Below, piece by piece: positions 36,300 through 46,420 of a DNA stretch of 64,000 nt. The stretch is from the sequence record PZ168832.1; one strand, given 5' to 3'. A program made the translations under genes and the position numbers. The stretch comes from a phage. Below the pieces are notes generated by a model. It ran no database searches. It was not told the DNA's origin and saw only the letters and a list, made by a program, of their open reading frames with translations. How positions within the stretch are numbered: the first letter of the stretch is position 1; every line of letters begins with the position of its first letter.

Positions 36300-36682
36300 G
36301 GATTCCTGGCGTAAACTTATATCGAGTTGCGACAAAGGTCATCGGTCGCCAACCGATTCAATATTACATGTACAAGGGGCGCACTCTTGATAAAATGCGC
36401 AACTACGTTACCACTTATGAAGAACCAATCACGCTACTTGCTTCGGTGCAGGCTGTTCTTCGAAATCAATACGTCGAGCTTGGATTGGAGCTTCAAAAGA
36501 ACTATGTCAAAATATGGGTAGACAAAGACATTGTTGACCTTGACCGCGACGCTTCCGGCGACTATTTTGTGTTTGGTGGGAAAACGTATAAAATGGAAGA
36601 TGAAACGACATGGTTTGACCAAGATGGTTGGACTACTTGCCTTGCCGTGGAAATAAAACAAAGCTTTCCAGTGTCTACTTGA
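36296..36682 (+). CDS. Hypothetical structural protein
   Basis: GTG start overlapping upstream stop. Confidence 0.45.
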   Translation: MRIPGVNLYRVATKVIGRQPIQYYMYKGRTLDKMRNYVTTYEEPITLLASVQAVLRNQYVELGLELQKNYVKIWVDKDIVDLDRDASGDYFVFGGKTYKMEDETTWFDQDGWTTCLAVEIKQSFPVST

Positions 36683-36689
36683 GGTGTAT

Positions 36690-37265
36690 ATGACAGATGT
36701 CGACCTGATTGACATGCTGGCAACGCGAATTGAAGAAGGTCTGGCGGCGTATAGTCGTGCAGACCTTTCTGCTGTTCCGGTCCAGAAAAAGTATCAACCG
36801 ACTCAACAGGGTATTCCGACTGGTGACCAAATTTGGTTTAACCTTTTATTCTCAGTTCCGTTTGGATGGTCCATGAGGAAAAGTGAATTTGTCAATGATG
36901 AGTCTCAATTTGTAAACGGAAAATTCAAAGATATTGAAGATCAAATATACGCTACACGTTTTCAAATCAGCGGCTTATTTCCAGAAGTTCCTGGCAATCC
37001 AGAAAAGCCTACTGCTAATGACGTATTGACTTATTTGGCAAGATTCATAACTCATAAAGCGAATTTGAGGGATTGGTTCAAAAAGCATCAGGCATCAGTA
37101 TATCGAATCGACATGAATAATAATGAAAAGTTTTATGATGACATGTCGCAATTTGAATCATTCCCTTCTTTTGATTTGGTAATACTTCACAGAAACGCAA
37201 TTTCAATTGATACTCCTGCTGTTGCAAGAGCTGTTAATAATGATTTGGGTGATATTCCGGTGTAA
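36690..37265 (+). CDS. Hypothetical structural protein
   Basis: GAGGTG RBS; ATG at 36690. Confidence 0.5.
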   Translation: MTDVDLIDMLATRIEEGLAAYSRADLSAVPVQKKYQPTQQGIPTGDQIWFNLLFSVPFGWSMRKSEFVNDESQFVNGKFKDIEDQIYATRFQISGLFPEVPGNPEKPTANDVLTYLARFITHKANLRDWFKKHQASVYRIDMNNNEKFYDDMSQFESFPSFDLVILHRNAISIDTPAVARAVNNDLGDIPV

Positions 37266-37266
37266 T

Positions 37267-37752
37267 ATGACAAAATCAAAAATGATAGAAAAACAGATTA
37301 AGGCGCTTCAGTCTATGAAGGGTCTTACTGTTGAGGCAGGATGGTTTGATTCTACCAGATACCCTTCAGAAACTGGTGGAGAAGGAATACTGGTGTCAGA
37401 AGTCGCGCGGCTTAACGAGTTTGGTCACATAGCCGTTTTGAACTTTGGACAAGGACCAGTCAGGGTAGAAGTGCCACCCAGACCATTCATGAGATATGCC
37501 TATGAATTATTCGTTAGTGAGCGCAGTGAAATAGAGAATAAAATTGCTAAAAAGATTTTTTCCGGTAAAATAGACGCTAGACAGGCATTGGGTCAAATTG
37601 GGCTTGCGATGGAAGCAAAGATTGTCGAATCAATTAAAAACGGACCGTGGCAACCAAATGCCAGATATACTGTACGTGTGAAGGGATTCGACAAGCCTTT
37701 GATTCACACTAGCCTCATGTGGCAATCTGTCAGCAGCCAAGTCATTAAATAA
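37267..37752 (+). CDS. Neck / tail completion candidate
   Basis: ATG 1 nt after upstream stop; immediately precedes the sheath gene. Confidence 0.5.
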   Translation: MTKSKMIEKQIKALQSMKGLTVEAGWFDSTRYPSETGGEGILVSEVARLNEFGHIAVLNFGQGPVRVEVPPRPFMRYAYELFVSERSEIENKIAKKIFSGKIDARQALGQIGLAMEAKIVESIKNGPWQPNARYTVRVKGFDKPLIHTSLMWQSVSSQVIK

Positions 37753-37764
37753 GAGGACACCGAC

Positions 37765-39303
37765 GTGATCAGTCAATCTCGTTATATTAAAATTGTATCA
37801 GGGGTCGGAGCAGGCGCGGCTGTTGCAGTTCGCAAACTGTCGCTTCGCATCATGACTTCCAATACAGTTCTGCCGCCAGGCATTGTAGCAGAATTTTCAA
37901 CTGCTGATGCCGTTGGATCATATTTCGGTTTTTCTTCCGAAGAATACAAGCGTGCAGCACTGTATTTTGGATTCATCAGCAAGCAAATCAACTCGCCTGA
38001 TTCAATCAGTTTTTCTCGCGTTGTATCCACGGCGATTCCTGCAATGGTTATCGGCGATACTGAGCCTAAAACACTTGCTACTTTTCAGGCATTCACTGGC
38101 GCTATCTTAAGCATCACTTATGACGGCACAGACTACCTGACCGACGCAATCAACCTTTCAGCGGCAACAAGCCTTGCCAACGTAGCGGAACTTTTGGAAA
38201 CGGCAATCAACACCAAGTTTGCAGCAGAAGGTGGGACATCGGTGCCTGCACTTGCTGATGCAGAAGTGTATTGGAACGCCAACACCCAGCAGTTCACTTT
38301 GGAAGCCGCGCCGTCGACCGCTGGCGCTGGCAACCTTTCGATTAACGTTACAGGTCAACCGACAGACCCATCTCAGGCGCTTGGTTGGACGACTACTGGC
38401 ACCGTTACGGTCGATGGTCAGGGCGTAGCAAGTCCGGTAGAAGCCATCGCGGCATCTGTAGAGATTTCCAACAACTTTGGCTCATTCCTTTTCGCTGGAG
38501 CAGACCGAACGCTGGAAGAAATCACCGCTGTTGCAGCTTGGACTCACTCGCAGAACAATATGTACATGTATCTGTTCTCGACTGCATTCGCCAACATCGG
38601 CTCATACTATACCGCGCTGAAAGGTTACTCAGGCGTTGGCATGATGATCCGTGCAACCAACCTCGCGAATGATTACATCGACCAGGCACCTGCTGAAATT
38701 CTTGCGGCAACAAACTATAATACTGTAAACGCAACTCAAAACTACATGTATTATCAGTTTGACACGCGAAATGTTACTGTATCGACTGATTCACGCGCAG
38801 ATACTGCTGATCAAAACCGTGCAAACTATATCGGCGCTACTCAGCAAGCTGGTCAAACGCTCGCATTCTTCCAGCGTGGCGTTCTGATGGGCGGGTCTAC
38901 CGCAGCAGTTGACATGAACACTTATGCCAACGAGATGTGGCTTAAATCTGCTATCACTTCTCAATTGTTCAGCATGTTCTTGAATCTTGGTCGCGTGCCT
39001 GCAAACGAAGAAGGCAAAGCGACTGTACAAGCCATGATTCAAGTTGCTGTTGACAATGCGAAGGTTAACGGCACCATCTCTGTCGGTAAGGCGCTGACGG
39101 AAATCCAGAAACAGTACATCACGCAAACTTCCGGTGACAACACTGCTTGGCGGCAGGTTGAGACTATCGGCTATTGGTTGACTGTCGATTTTGACACTGA
39201 AACCACTTCCGATAACCGAACCGAATACTATGCAACATACACGCTAATCTACTCTAAAGATGATGCTGTGCGTCGCGTTGAAGGTCGTGACGTTCTTATT
39301 TAA
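37765..39303 (+). CDS. Tail sheath protein (tentative)
   Basis: 512 aa, directly upstream of the tube gene; AAGAGGA RBS then GTG start. Confidence 0.55.
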   Translation: MISQSRYIKIVSGVGAGAAVAVRKLSLRIMTSNTVLPPGIVAEFSTADAVGSYFGFSSEEYKRAALYFGFISKQINSPDSISFSRVVSTAIPAMVIGDTEPKTLATFQAFTGAILSITYDGTDYLTDAINLSAATSLANVAELLETAINTKFAAEGGTSVPALADAEVYWNANTQQFTLEAAPSTAGAGNLSINVTGQPTDPSQALGWTTTGTVTVDGQGVASPVEAIAASVEISNNFGSFLFAGADRTLEEITAVAAWTHSQNNMYMYLFSTAFANIGSYYTALKGYSGVGMMIRATNLANDYIDQAPAEILAATNYNTVNATQNYMYYQFDTRNVTVSTDSRADTADQNRANYIGATQQAGQTLAFFQRGVLMGGSTAAVDMNTYANEMWLKSAITSQLFSMFLNLGRVPANEEGKATVQAMIQVAVDNAKVNGTISVGKALTEIQKQYITQTSGDNTAWRQVETIGYWLTVDFDTETTSDNRTEYYATYTLIYSKDDAVRRVEGRDVLI

Positions 39304-39309
39304 ATAATT

Positions 39310-39327
39310 GCCGCCGTAACTGGCGGC
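39310..39327 (+). other. Stem-loop between the sheath and tube genes
   Basis: GCCGCC-GTAACT-GGCGGC, no T-tract. Confidence 0.3.
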
Positions 39328-39350
39328 CATCTCTCTGAGAGGAATCTGTA

Positions 39351-39818
39351 ATGATTAACGTTTCCGGTTTTGGCGCTTCGATTCGTTTGGTAGCATCAAA
39401 CACTTTTCCGAATGGTGTGACTCTTTCTGATTTTGCAGATGATGCTGATCCGATTGACGCGCCGGACCTGCAAATCTCTGAGGCCGCAATGGGCCTTAAC
39501 GGTGACCTAGTAGTATGGAACCGTGCAAACCCACTTGAAGTAGGTGTGAACATCATCCCTACTTCTGAAAGTGATGTCAACTTGGACGTTCTTGCAGCTG
39601 CAAACCGCGTAGGCAAGCGTAAGAACTCCGCAAAAGACGTGATCACACTTGTGCTGACTTATCCTTCTGGAATGGTTATCACGCTAAACAAAGGCACCTT
39701 GACAACTGGTTCAGTAATTCCTGGCATCCAGTCTCAAGGTCGTGTGAAAACACGTCAATATCGCTTCAAGTTTGAGAACGTAGTCAAAACTGGCGTGAGC
39801 AACCAAGAGATTTTATAA
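39351..39818 (+). CDS. Tail tube protein
   Basis: 155 aa directly after the sheath gene; paralogous to 40769..41266 (MINVSGFGASIRLVA vs MVNISGFGTSIRIVA). Confidence 0.55.
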   Translation: MINVSGFGASIRLVASNTFPNGVTLSDFADDADPIDAPDLQISEAAMGLNGDLVVWNRANPLEVGVNIIPTSESDVNLDVLAAANRVGKRKNSAKDVITLVLTYPSGMVITLNKGTLTTGSVIPGIQSQGRVKTRQYRFKFENVVKTGVSNQEIL

Positions 39819-40147
39819 TGTATCAAATACCACTTGACAGCGTACCTAACCAGAATATCAGCTTTAACGTTGACGGTGCATATTGGCAGTTGCACATTTT
39901 TGCCGCTATCGAGCATATGTGTGCCGACGTATATCGCAATGGTGAACTTTTGATTCAAGGGGTGCGCTGTTTTGGTGGTATCCCAATGGTGCCTTATAAG
40001 TATCTCATGATTGGGTACGGTAATTTCATTTTCGACAGCGTACCTGATTATGAAAGTTTTAACTCTGGCGGCTGTAATCTATATTACATGTCAGAATCTG
40101 AGTTGGCTGAATTCCAGGCCACTGCTGAAGCGGAGTTTGCAATTTGA
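39818..40147 (+). CDS. Hypothetical tail protein
   Basis: 109-aa ORF. Confidence 0.45.
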   Translation: MYQIPLDSVPNQNISFNVDGAYWQLHIFAAIEHMCADVYRNGELLIQGVRCFGGIPMVPYKYLMIGYGNFIFDSVPDYESFNSGGCNLYYMSESELAEFQATAEAEFAI

Positions 40148-40500
40148 CAACTCTAACCATTGAAGTGAACGAAAATAATGACCTTTTTCTACCTGATGGA
40201 AGAAACTTAAATATTCTTTCAGGAGAAAAAGCAATGGTGCAAGTAATCAAGGCCGCGCATCAGATGCGACTTGGTGAAGACTTGTACGATATAGAAAACG
40301 GGGTCGATTATTTGGGGACCGTTTTCAAGTCGCCCGTTGACGAAGACGGTGCGCGAAAGTCGATTGCAGATGCTATTCTGAAGAAAGCAGACGTTGCCGG
40401 AATCGACTCATTGACTGTCACCATCCAAAACGGTATCCTTGGATTCACTGCAGAAGTGGTGACTATTTATGGCGAACGTATAAAGGTGAGTAATCAATAA
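40144..40500 (+). CDS. Hypothetical tail protein
   Basis: TTG start with GGAG RBS, overlapping upstream stop. Confidence 0.4.
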   Translation: MTTLTIEVNENNDLFLPDGRNLNILSGEKAMVQVIKAAHQMRLGEDLYDIENGVDYLGTVFKSPVDEDGARKSIADAILKKADVAGIDSLTVTIQNGILGFTAEVVTIYGERIKVSNQ

Positions 40501-40766
40501 TGGCACAAGTAATTCATTTTGCAAATGGCGTCATGAAATTTGGCGAAAAATTTGAAGACGCATCAGAGCTGTTTAATAAGAAGGTTGAGCCTGTTACAGA
40601 AATCAAAGAGCAGGTCGAAGAAAAGTCCGTTGAACAAAAACTCGATTTTGATTCCATGAGCGTTTCAGAATTGAAGTCTTATGCCAAAGAAAATGGCATC
40701 GACATCAAGGGTCTTTCTTATAAGGATGAAATTCTTGCTGCAGTTAAATCTGCATCTGCGGAGTAA
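40500..40766 (+). CDS. Small protein with SAP / Rho-N-like helix-extension-helix motif
   Basis: MSVSELKSYAKENGIDIKGLSYKDEILAAV. Confidence 0.45.
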   Translation: MAQVIHFANGVMKFGEKFEDASELFNKKVEPVTEIKEQVEEKSVEQKLDFDSMSVSELKSYAKENGIDIKGLSYKDEILAAVKSASAE

Positions 40767-40768
40767 AC

Positions 40769-41266
40769 ATGGTCAATATTAGTGGATTTGGCACAAGCAT
40801 TAGAATTGTCGCTCTTCAATCTTTTCCTGTTGGGCTGAATATCAGTTCTTTGTCTGATGACCAGGATTCGCTAATTATTGAGGAAGTTGAATCAGTAGGT
40901 TATCAACTTACTTACGACGGCGGCATTTGCATATACGACAAAGCCGCCGTCGTTCGCGTATCCATTGCGGTCATTCCAAACACTGAAGATGACATAAATC
41001 TTAAGCTTTTATTATCTGCCCGTAAAGGTGGATTCAAGTGGTTGCCAATTCAGGATGTGACATCAATGCTTATTACATATCCTGACGGTGGAAGGGTGGC
41101 ATTCTCTAACGGAACAATAATCAGCGGTCCGCTTGGTGACTCCATAGAGCAATCAGGCCGTCGCAAGACAAACCGATACACATTTGTGTTTGCCAGCTAC
41201 GGTGGCGCACAGAGCACGTCTCAAATTGCCAAGGGCGTGGTGCAAAGCATATTGGGGTCCATTTAA
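40769..41266 (+). CDS. Tail tube protein paralogue
   Basis: Aligns along its length with 39351..39818 (shared KGTL/NGTI ... QSGR.KT.RY.F). Confidence 0.55.
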   Translation: MVNISGFGTSIRIVALQSFPVGLNISSLSDDQDSLIIEEVESVGYQLTYDGGICIYDKAAVVRVSIAVIPNTEDDINLKLLLSARKGGFKWLPIQDVTSMLITYPDGGRVAFSNGTIISGPLGDSIEQSGRRKTNRYTFVFASYGGAQSTSQIAKGVVQSILGSI

Positions 41267-41799
41267 TGGCTATCGATTTACTGTCATATAGTCTATCAAA
41301 CAGAAGCTTCACGATAAAGAGCTTCAACCTTGGAGAAGTATCCACGCTTGGATGGGCCATAGTCAACGTCAAAATAAGACTCCAAGCGAAGATATTCAAA
41401 AACCAAAGGGAAGACGGCAGCTATATTGTCGATGGCAGAGTAAAGATGCCGCGAATACTCACTGTCACCGTGATAGCTCAGACGAAAAGCGCATCAGACG
41501 CAATAGCTAAGATGTTGCAAAACAGGTCGACTATATACACAATTAATTCCCGTGGTCTAATATTCGAACGTATGGTGCTGCAAAATAACAACTTCAGCCA
41601 GGACGCTGACAATATAACGTCTCAGCCCATACAATTGGTCTTCCATGAGATATTAACACAGCAGGATGTGTCTATTCAAACAGCGCAGGCAGGCGACTCA
41701 ACAGTAATAGAGCGCGGCATTGCATACATAAAAGAAACTTCTGCCAGCGTCACTGGCGTCGCTACAAAGGTGATGAATGGTATCAAGGGGATGTTCTGA
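41266..41799 (+). CDS. Hypothetical tail protein
   Basis: 177-aa ORF. Confidence 0.5.
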   Translation: MAIDLLSYSLSNRSFTIKSFNLGEVSTLGWAIVNVKIRLQAKIFKNQREDGSYIVDGRVKMPRILTVTVIAQTKSASDAIAKMLQNRSTIYTINSRGLIFERMVLQNNNFSQDADNITSQPIQLVFHEILTQQDVSIQTAQAGDSTVIERGIAYIKETSASVTGVATKVMNGIKGMF

Positions 41800-42359
41800 T
41801 GGACTTCGTTTCGATTCTGCTTTCTGGTCAATCTTTGACCATAACGAATGAGTCAACAGGTCTTCCTGTCTGGACAAGGCTTTCACCTGTTTCTGCAGAA
41901 ATAACATCCCCAGCAGAAACAACTCAATTCCCTCTTGCTGGTACAGCCATGCAGGTTGTCGAAGTATCAAGCACGTCATCAGTAAGCAATTTACAGGCGG
42001 CAAAGGTTGTAATGCCAGCCCATATGGCGTTAAACGTAATTTGCAATGACCAGTCTACAATTGAAAATATCATAAATTCATTTGATGATGACGAAGTCAC
42101 ATTTTCAATAACTTCTCGAAGCATCATTGCCAGTAAAATGTCGATGTCCGACGTTGAAATAACCCAGTCAGAAGAAAACTTGAATGGAGTCTCAATAGTA
42201 ATAACTTTCGAGCAAACGTCATTTAGCATTCAAGGAAGCTTCGACCCTAAACAATCTGCAGACGAATCATCAAATGGTGTTGCTATTAAAGAACCAGTCA
42301 GTTTGACTACAACTGTGAGTTCGTTATATAATAAAATAAAATCAACAGTAGGAATATAA
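41799..42359 (+). CDS. Hypothetical tail protein
   Basis: 186-aa ORF. Confidence 0.5.
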   Translation: MDFVSILLSGQSLTITNESTGLPVWTRLSPVSAEITSPAETTQFPLAGTAMQVVEVSSTSSVSNLQAAKVVMPAHMALNVICNDQSTIENIINSFDDDEVTFSITSRSIIASKMSMSDVEITQSEENLNGVSIVITFEQTSFSIQGSFDPKQSADESSNGVAIKEPVSLTTTVSSLYNKIKSTVGI

Positions 42360-42360
42360 A

Positions 42361-42777
42361 ATGAAGATCACCAACAAACAAACTGGTCGTACAGTAGAAA
42401 TTAAAATCAGCAAAATGACTGCGATGGAAGGCTGGAATATTCAGCGTCGCTTTGTCGAATTTGCAATGTCGAAGGACCCTGCGTTTCGTTCAGAGTATAC
42501 GATGGAAGTGTTGAGCTTCGCAAAAGTCGAGCTTGATGTTGGCCAAGAAATCCCATTAAGTACTGGTGCACTAATTGACAACCATCTTGGTGACTGGGAA
42601 AACCTTAAAGAAGTCTTCGAAGCAGTCCTCATGGAGAACGGTATAAACCCAGATACTCACGCCGAGCGTGAAGGCTACTGGGAACAAGCTGGCGGCGAAA
42701 TGGCTGCAGCATTCATCGGCGAATCGATGCGATTAATCGCGCCATTCCTCAGCGGCGAGACTCCAAACAAGGGGTAA
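42361..42777 (+). CDS. Tail assembly chaperone candidate
   Basis: 138-aa ORF immediately upstream of the tape-measure gene. Confidence 0.45.
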   Translation: MKITNKQTGRTVEIKISKMTAMEGWNIQRRFVEFAMSKDPAFRSEYTMEVLSFAKVELDVGQEIPLSTGALIDNHLGDWENLKEVFEAVLMENGINPDTHAEREGYWEQAGGEMAAAFIGESMRLIAPFLSGETPNKG

Positions 42778-42780
42778 ACT

Positions 42781-44961
42781 GTGTCTGACTCATTAGAAAA
42801 ATTTGTGCTTCAATATACGGTGGACTTGAAAGAGTCCATCAATCGTCTTGAGCAATTGCAAGATAAGGTTGATCAGACAAACAAAAAGGCAAAATCCGCT
42901 GGCAAAGATTTCTCTGGAGCATTCAAAGATGTTTTTGGCGAGCTAAAGCCGCTTACTGGTGAGCTAGGGTCAATTGACGGAATACTTGCGCGGCTGACAT
43001 ATCGTTTTGCCGCGCTCGTCCCTGTTGTCGCAGGATTGGCAGTCGTCGTCAAATCCATCGTTGATGTTCGAAAAGAATACGAAGCGCAAAGAAAGCTTGG
43101 TTTTGAAGCCGGACTCTCTCCAATGGGTGTCGAACAACTACAACGACAGTTGAATGAAAGTTCAGGTGGCATCCTTGGCGCACAGGGGTCGCGAGACTTA
43201 ATCAGCAAAGCTTCTAATCTGGCATTCAATGCATACACCAACCCCGATGTGATGAACAAGGACAACTTGTTGTTGAACAAGATGGGGACAAGTCCTTTCA
43301 ACAGTAACGGCGGCATCAAAGACACGAATCAGCTGCTTGATGAAATTGGAACAAAGCTGAGAAGTGTGAATGAGCAAACCGCTCGTGCTATTGGTGCTCT
43401 GGCAGGTTTTACCGCCGATGAAGTCCGCGCCCTTCGCGAGCGCAACCAGTCTGTGAAAGAAAGCACACGCATAAGCGATGAGGAAACGGCAAAGCTGCAG
43501 CGCCAACAAGCTGCTCTTGAGACTATACGAAATAGTATGGGGCAAATTCAAGAAGATTGGCGGCGTATTGAGCTGGTTATCGGTGAAAACGTTATGCCTG
43601 CATTCTCGACGCTTGTCAGCAAAACCGCCGATACAGTCGAAGGATTCCAGATGATGTTCCAAAGAATGTCTGACGGATGGAGCGAATTTGTCGACAATTT
43701 CATCGCTGACTTGAAACACCCGTTTGATAAACAGGCGGCTGTTAACGAGCGTCACGAGCGTGCCGTTGATAGATGGATCACGCAGATGGCCGAAGGCGAT
43801 GTGAAACGCCAGAGGAACCAGGAGCAAAACGCAGCTGAACAACGTTCTGCGCAAGCACTTTTCACTCGCGATATAAACCTGTTTTCAAGCGCCGTTTCAA
43901 CATTTGCTGGCGTCATTGATGAGCGACAAGCATGGGCTGCATGGGCTGGTGAAATAGGACGAAGCGCAGGTCAATCTGCCATGCCTGGAACACCAGCACT
44001 AAGTACTGGCGCGACCGTAGGCAACAACTTGGGATCAGGCAATCCGACCGCTTACGACTCAATATATGAGGAAGCATCCAAGCGTTATGGAATCCCTGTT
44101 GCGATGATGAAGGCCGTAACAGAAGTCGAATCTGGATTCAACCCCAATGCCGTAAGCGGAGCAGGTGCGACCGGACTGATGCAAATCATGCCTTCCAACT
44201 TCAAGGGCCTTGGTATCACAGACGGCAACGACCCTAGACAAAACATTATGGGCGGCGCTCAACTGTTGAAAGAGTATTTAAACGCTGCCAACGGCGATTG
44301 GAATCTTGCGCTGACGATGTATCACGGCGGCTACGACCGCAGCGGCTGGGGCAAGAATACACGCGCTTATCCTGGAAAGGTCATGGCCGCTCTCGACCGA
44401 CAATCCAATGGTGAGTATGCCACGGCAGCGCCGCAAGGTGCACCAGTTACTCCAGTACTTAGCGGTAGCGGAGCGGAAGCACCAAAGGGCAGCTATGCAC
44501 CAGTACAAGGCCAATCGCGCCAAACGGTGCAATACAGGCAATTGCAAGAAGCCATTGCAGGATACCTGAACGTACCAGTTGAGCAGTTGATGCAGGGACA
44601 AGTAAACAAAGGTGATATTGACTTTGCTCAAACTTACCTTAAGCTTGGAACGCAAAGGGATTATATTAAAAATATGCAGCTGGCTTCAACTCCAGGTGTA
44701 AGACCGAACATTCAAGCCGAAGCGATGAAAAACGCTCGTCTTGCTGCATTCCAACTTGAAGCATTCCAGAAATATGGCGGCGACCTTTCCGCGAATAGTC
44801 GACCTGGTGGGCGTGATATTACTATGGGTCAGAAAAACGTTGTCATCAACGTAAACGGCGCTCAAGACCCACGCAGCACGGCGTTCGAAACGAAACGGGT
44901 GCTTGAACAAGATGATATCAACGACATAAACAACCTTACTGCTACACCTTTGAAGTGGTGA
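42781..44961 (+). CDS. Tape measure protein with lytic transglycosylase (SLT) domain
   Basis: Coiled-coil-rich N-terminal half; SLT motifs EVESGFNPNAVS ... GLMQIMPSNF ... LTMYHGGY; GTG start with AAGGGG RBS. Confidence 0.7.
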   Translation: MSDSLEKFVLQYTVDLKESINRLEQLQDKVDQTNKKAKSAGKDFSGAFKDVFGELKPLTGELGSIDGILARLTYRFAALVPVVAGLAVVVKSIVDVRKEYEAQRKLGFEAGLSPMGVEQLQRQLNESSGGILGAQGSRDLISKASNLAFNAYTNPDVMNKDNLLLNKMGTSPFNSNGGIKDTNQLLDEIGTKLRSVNEQTARAIGALAGFTADEVRALRERNQSVKESTRISDEETAKLQRQQAALETIRNSMGQIQEDWRRIELVIGENVMPAFSTLVSKTADTVEGFQMMFQRMSDGWSEFVDNFIADLKHPFDKQAAVNERHERAVDRWITQMAEGDVKRQRNQEQNAAEQRSAQALFTRDINLFSSAVSTFAGVIDERQAWAAWAGEIGRSAGQSAMPGTPALSTGATVGNNLGSGNPTAYDSIYEEASKRYGIPVAMMKAVTEVESGFNPNAVSGAGATGLMQIMPSNFKGLGITDGNDPRQNIMGGAQLLKEYLNAANGDWNLALTMYHGGYDRSGWGKNTRAYPGKVMAALDRQSNGEYATAAPQGAPVTPVLSGSGAEAPKGSYAPVQGQSRQTVQYRQLQEAIAGYLNVPVEQLMQGQVNKGDIDFAQTYLKLGTQRDYIKNMQLASTPGVRPNIQAEAMKNARLAAFQLEAFQKYGGDLSANSRPGGRDITMGQKNVVINVNGAQDPRSTAFETKRVLEQDDINDINNLTATPLKW

Positions 44962-44965
44962 TAAT

Positions 44966-45838
44966 TTGAAAAAGAGAATCCTTAAAGTCACCTTATCTAT
45001 GCCGGATGGCACAAGCCAAGTGCTTGATGAAGGATTGATGCTTAGATGCCGAATCAAAAAGGCAGCACTTTCCGTGCAAAATAAGGCCACAATCGAAGTC
45101 GCAGGATTGACAGGGTACTTGAGAGAGCACCTGCTTTCCAACTTCACCGCATTCAACAAACGTCTGCGTGATCAAGGCCAATTGGCGGCGAATTACGTCA
45201 ACGTAACAATTGAAGCTGGATATAGAGAAGGCAACGTTGTTAGCAGCAACTTAGTCTACAAGGGGCAAGTCACAACGGTCGAGATAACAGCGCCGCCGCC
45301 GAACATCGTCATACGCATCACTTGCTACACCAACCAGATAAACAGGACTAAGTTCATCACTCAAGCTGCACCGTCAAACCCAACATTCAAAGAGTTTGTG
45401 GAGTGGTCGGCAAAGCAAATGGATATTGATACTGTTATCTGCGATACTTCGATTAACAATCAGCGTCTTGTTAACCCAGGCCGCACAACATATGTTGCAG
45501 CCGCCTTGCTGCTTGAGATTCAGAACTATCAAAGGAACTCTATTGCGGCATATATCGATGATGATACGCTCATCGTCAAGGATAAAGACAAAATTCTGAA
45601 TCCAGAACAGATAACGGTGATTGAGGAATTTGTCGGAATACCGATGTGGAACGAGTGGGGCGCTGACTTCACTTGCATGTATAACGCGGATTTGAAGCTT
45701 GCCCAAGGTGTGAAATTCAAATCAGTCTTAAACCCAAGCTTGAACGACACCACATTCGTCATCATGCAACTTGAATATGATTTAGCAAGTCGTGATGACA
45801 TATTTACGGTGACGGGCGGCGTTGCACCATCGGCCTAA
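44966..45838 (+). CDS. Tail / baseplate hub-associated protein
   Basis: 290-aa ORF between the tape measure and baseplate genes; TTG start. Confidence 0.45.
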   Translation: MKKRILKVTLSMPDGTSQVLDEGLMLRCRIKKAALSVQNKATIEVAGLTGYLREHLLSNFTAFNKRLRDQGQLAANYVNVTIEAGYREGNVVSSNLVYKGQVTTVEITAPPPNIVIRITCYTNQINRTKFITQAAPSNPTFKEFVEWSAKQMDIDTVICDTSINNQRLVNPGRTTYVAAALLLEIQNYQRNSIAAYIDDDTLIVKDKDKILNPEQITVIEEFVGIPMWNEWGADFTCMYNADLKLAQGVKFKSVLNPSLNDTTFVIMQLEYDLASRDDIFTVTGGVAPSA

Positions 45839-45840
45839 AT

Positions 45841-46362
45841 ATGAGAAAGAATAAAGTAATTGAGTTGTTTGGAGTTACTTATGAAATACATCAATTCAGC
45901 GCAATAGATGCGTTTGAAATGGTTGATGCGATAAGCATATTAACTCCACTTGAATTATTAAGTGAATGTCATGTTATTAAATATGACGGAACTAAAGTCA
46001 GGTTAAACTCTGAGAAGGCCATAAGTGAAGAAGTGAAAAGTGTGCCAAATCACTTGCCGCCAAACCTTGTATTGAAAGTTCTAATGGAAGCGGTAAAGAA
46101 GCACAATTTTGGATTCCTCAGTGATTGGAAAGGCACTAAGATTCCAAATAGATTCTTGGCTGACGTTCCGACCGTGGAGCCTAATTATCTTGAGCCGATG
46201 GTTGCAAGCCTAATAAACAATGGTCTTGCTTCGTTAAAAGAACTGGAAGAATATTATTCATTGCGTGATGCATTCGCCATGTTTGATGGACTAATAGCAA
46301 AATCACTTAATGAAGCCTACTCAAACGAAGCTGCCATTAAAGAATCAAAGTCAAATCGCTAA
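45841..46362 (+). CDS. Hypothetical baseplate protein
   Basis: 173-aa ORF. Confidence 0.5.
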   Translation: MRKNKVIELFGVTYEIHQFSAIDAFEMVDAISILTPLELLSECHVIKYDGTKVRLNSEKAISEEVKSVPNHLPPNLVLKVLMEAVKKHNFGFLSDWKGTKIPNRFLADVPTVEPNYLEPMVASLINNGLASLKELEEYYSLRDAFAMFDGLIAKSLNEAYSNEAAIKESKSNR

Positions 46363-46373
46363 AATATTGCTTA

Positions 46374-46420
46374 TAGACTCCTTATAGATTATAATTTGTT
46401 GATCAGATATAAGGAGTCTA
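46374..46420 (+). promoter_or_regulatory. 13-bp perfect inverted repeat pairing with the RBS of the next gene
   Basis: TAGACTCCTTATA (46374-46386) and TATAAGGAGTCTA (46408-46420); the second arm contains AAGGAG just before ATG 46420; spacer contains TATAAT. Confidence 0.35.
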
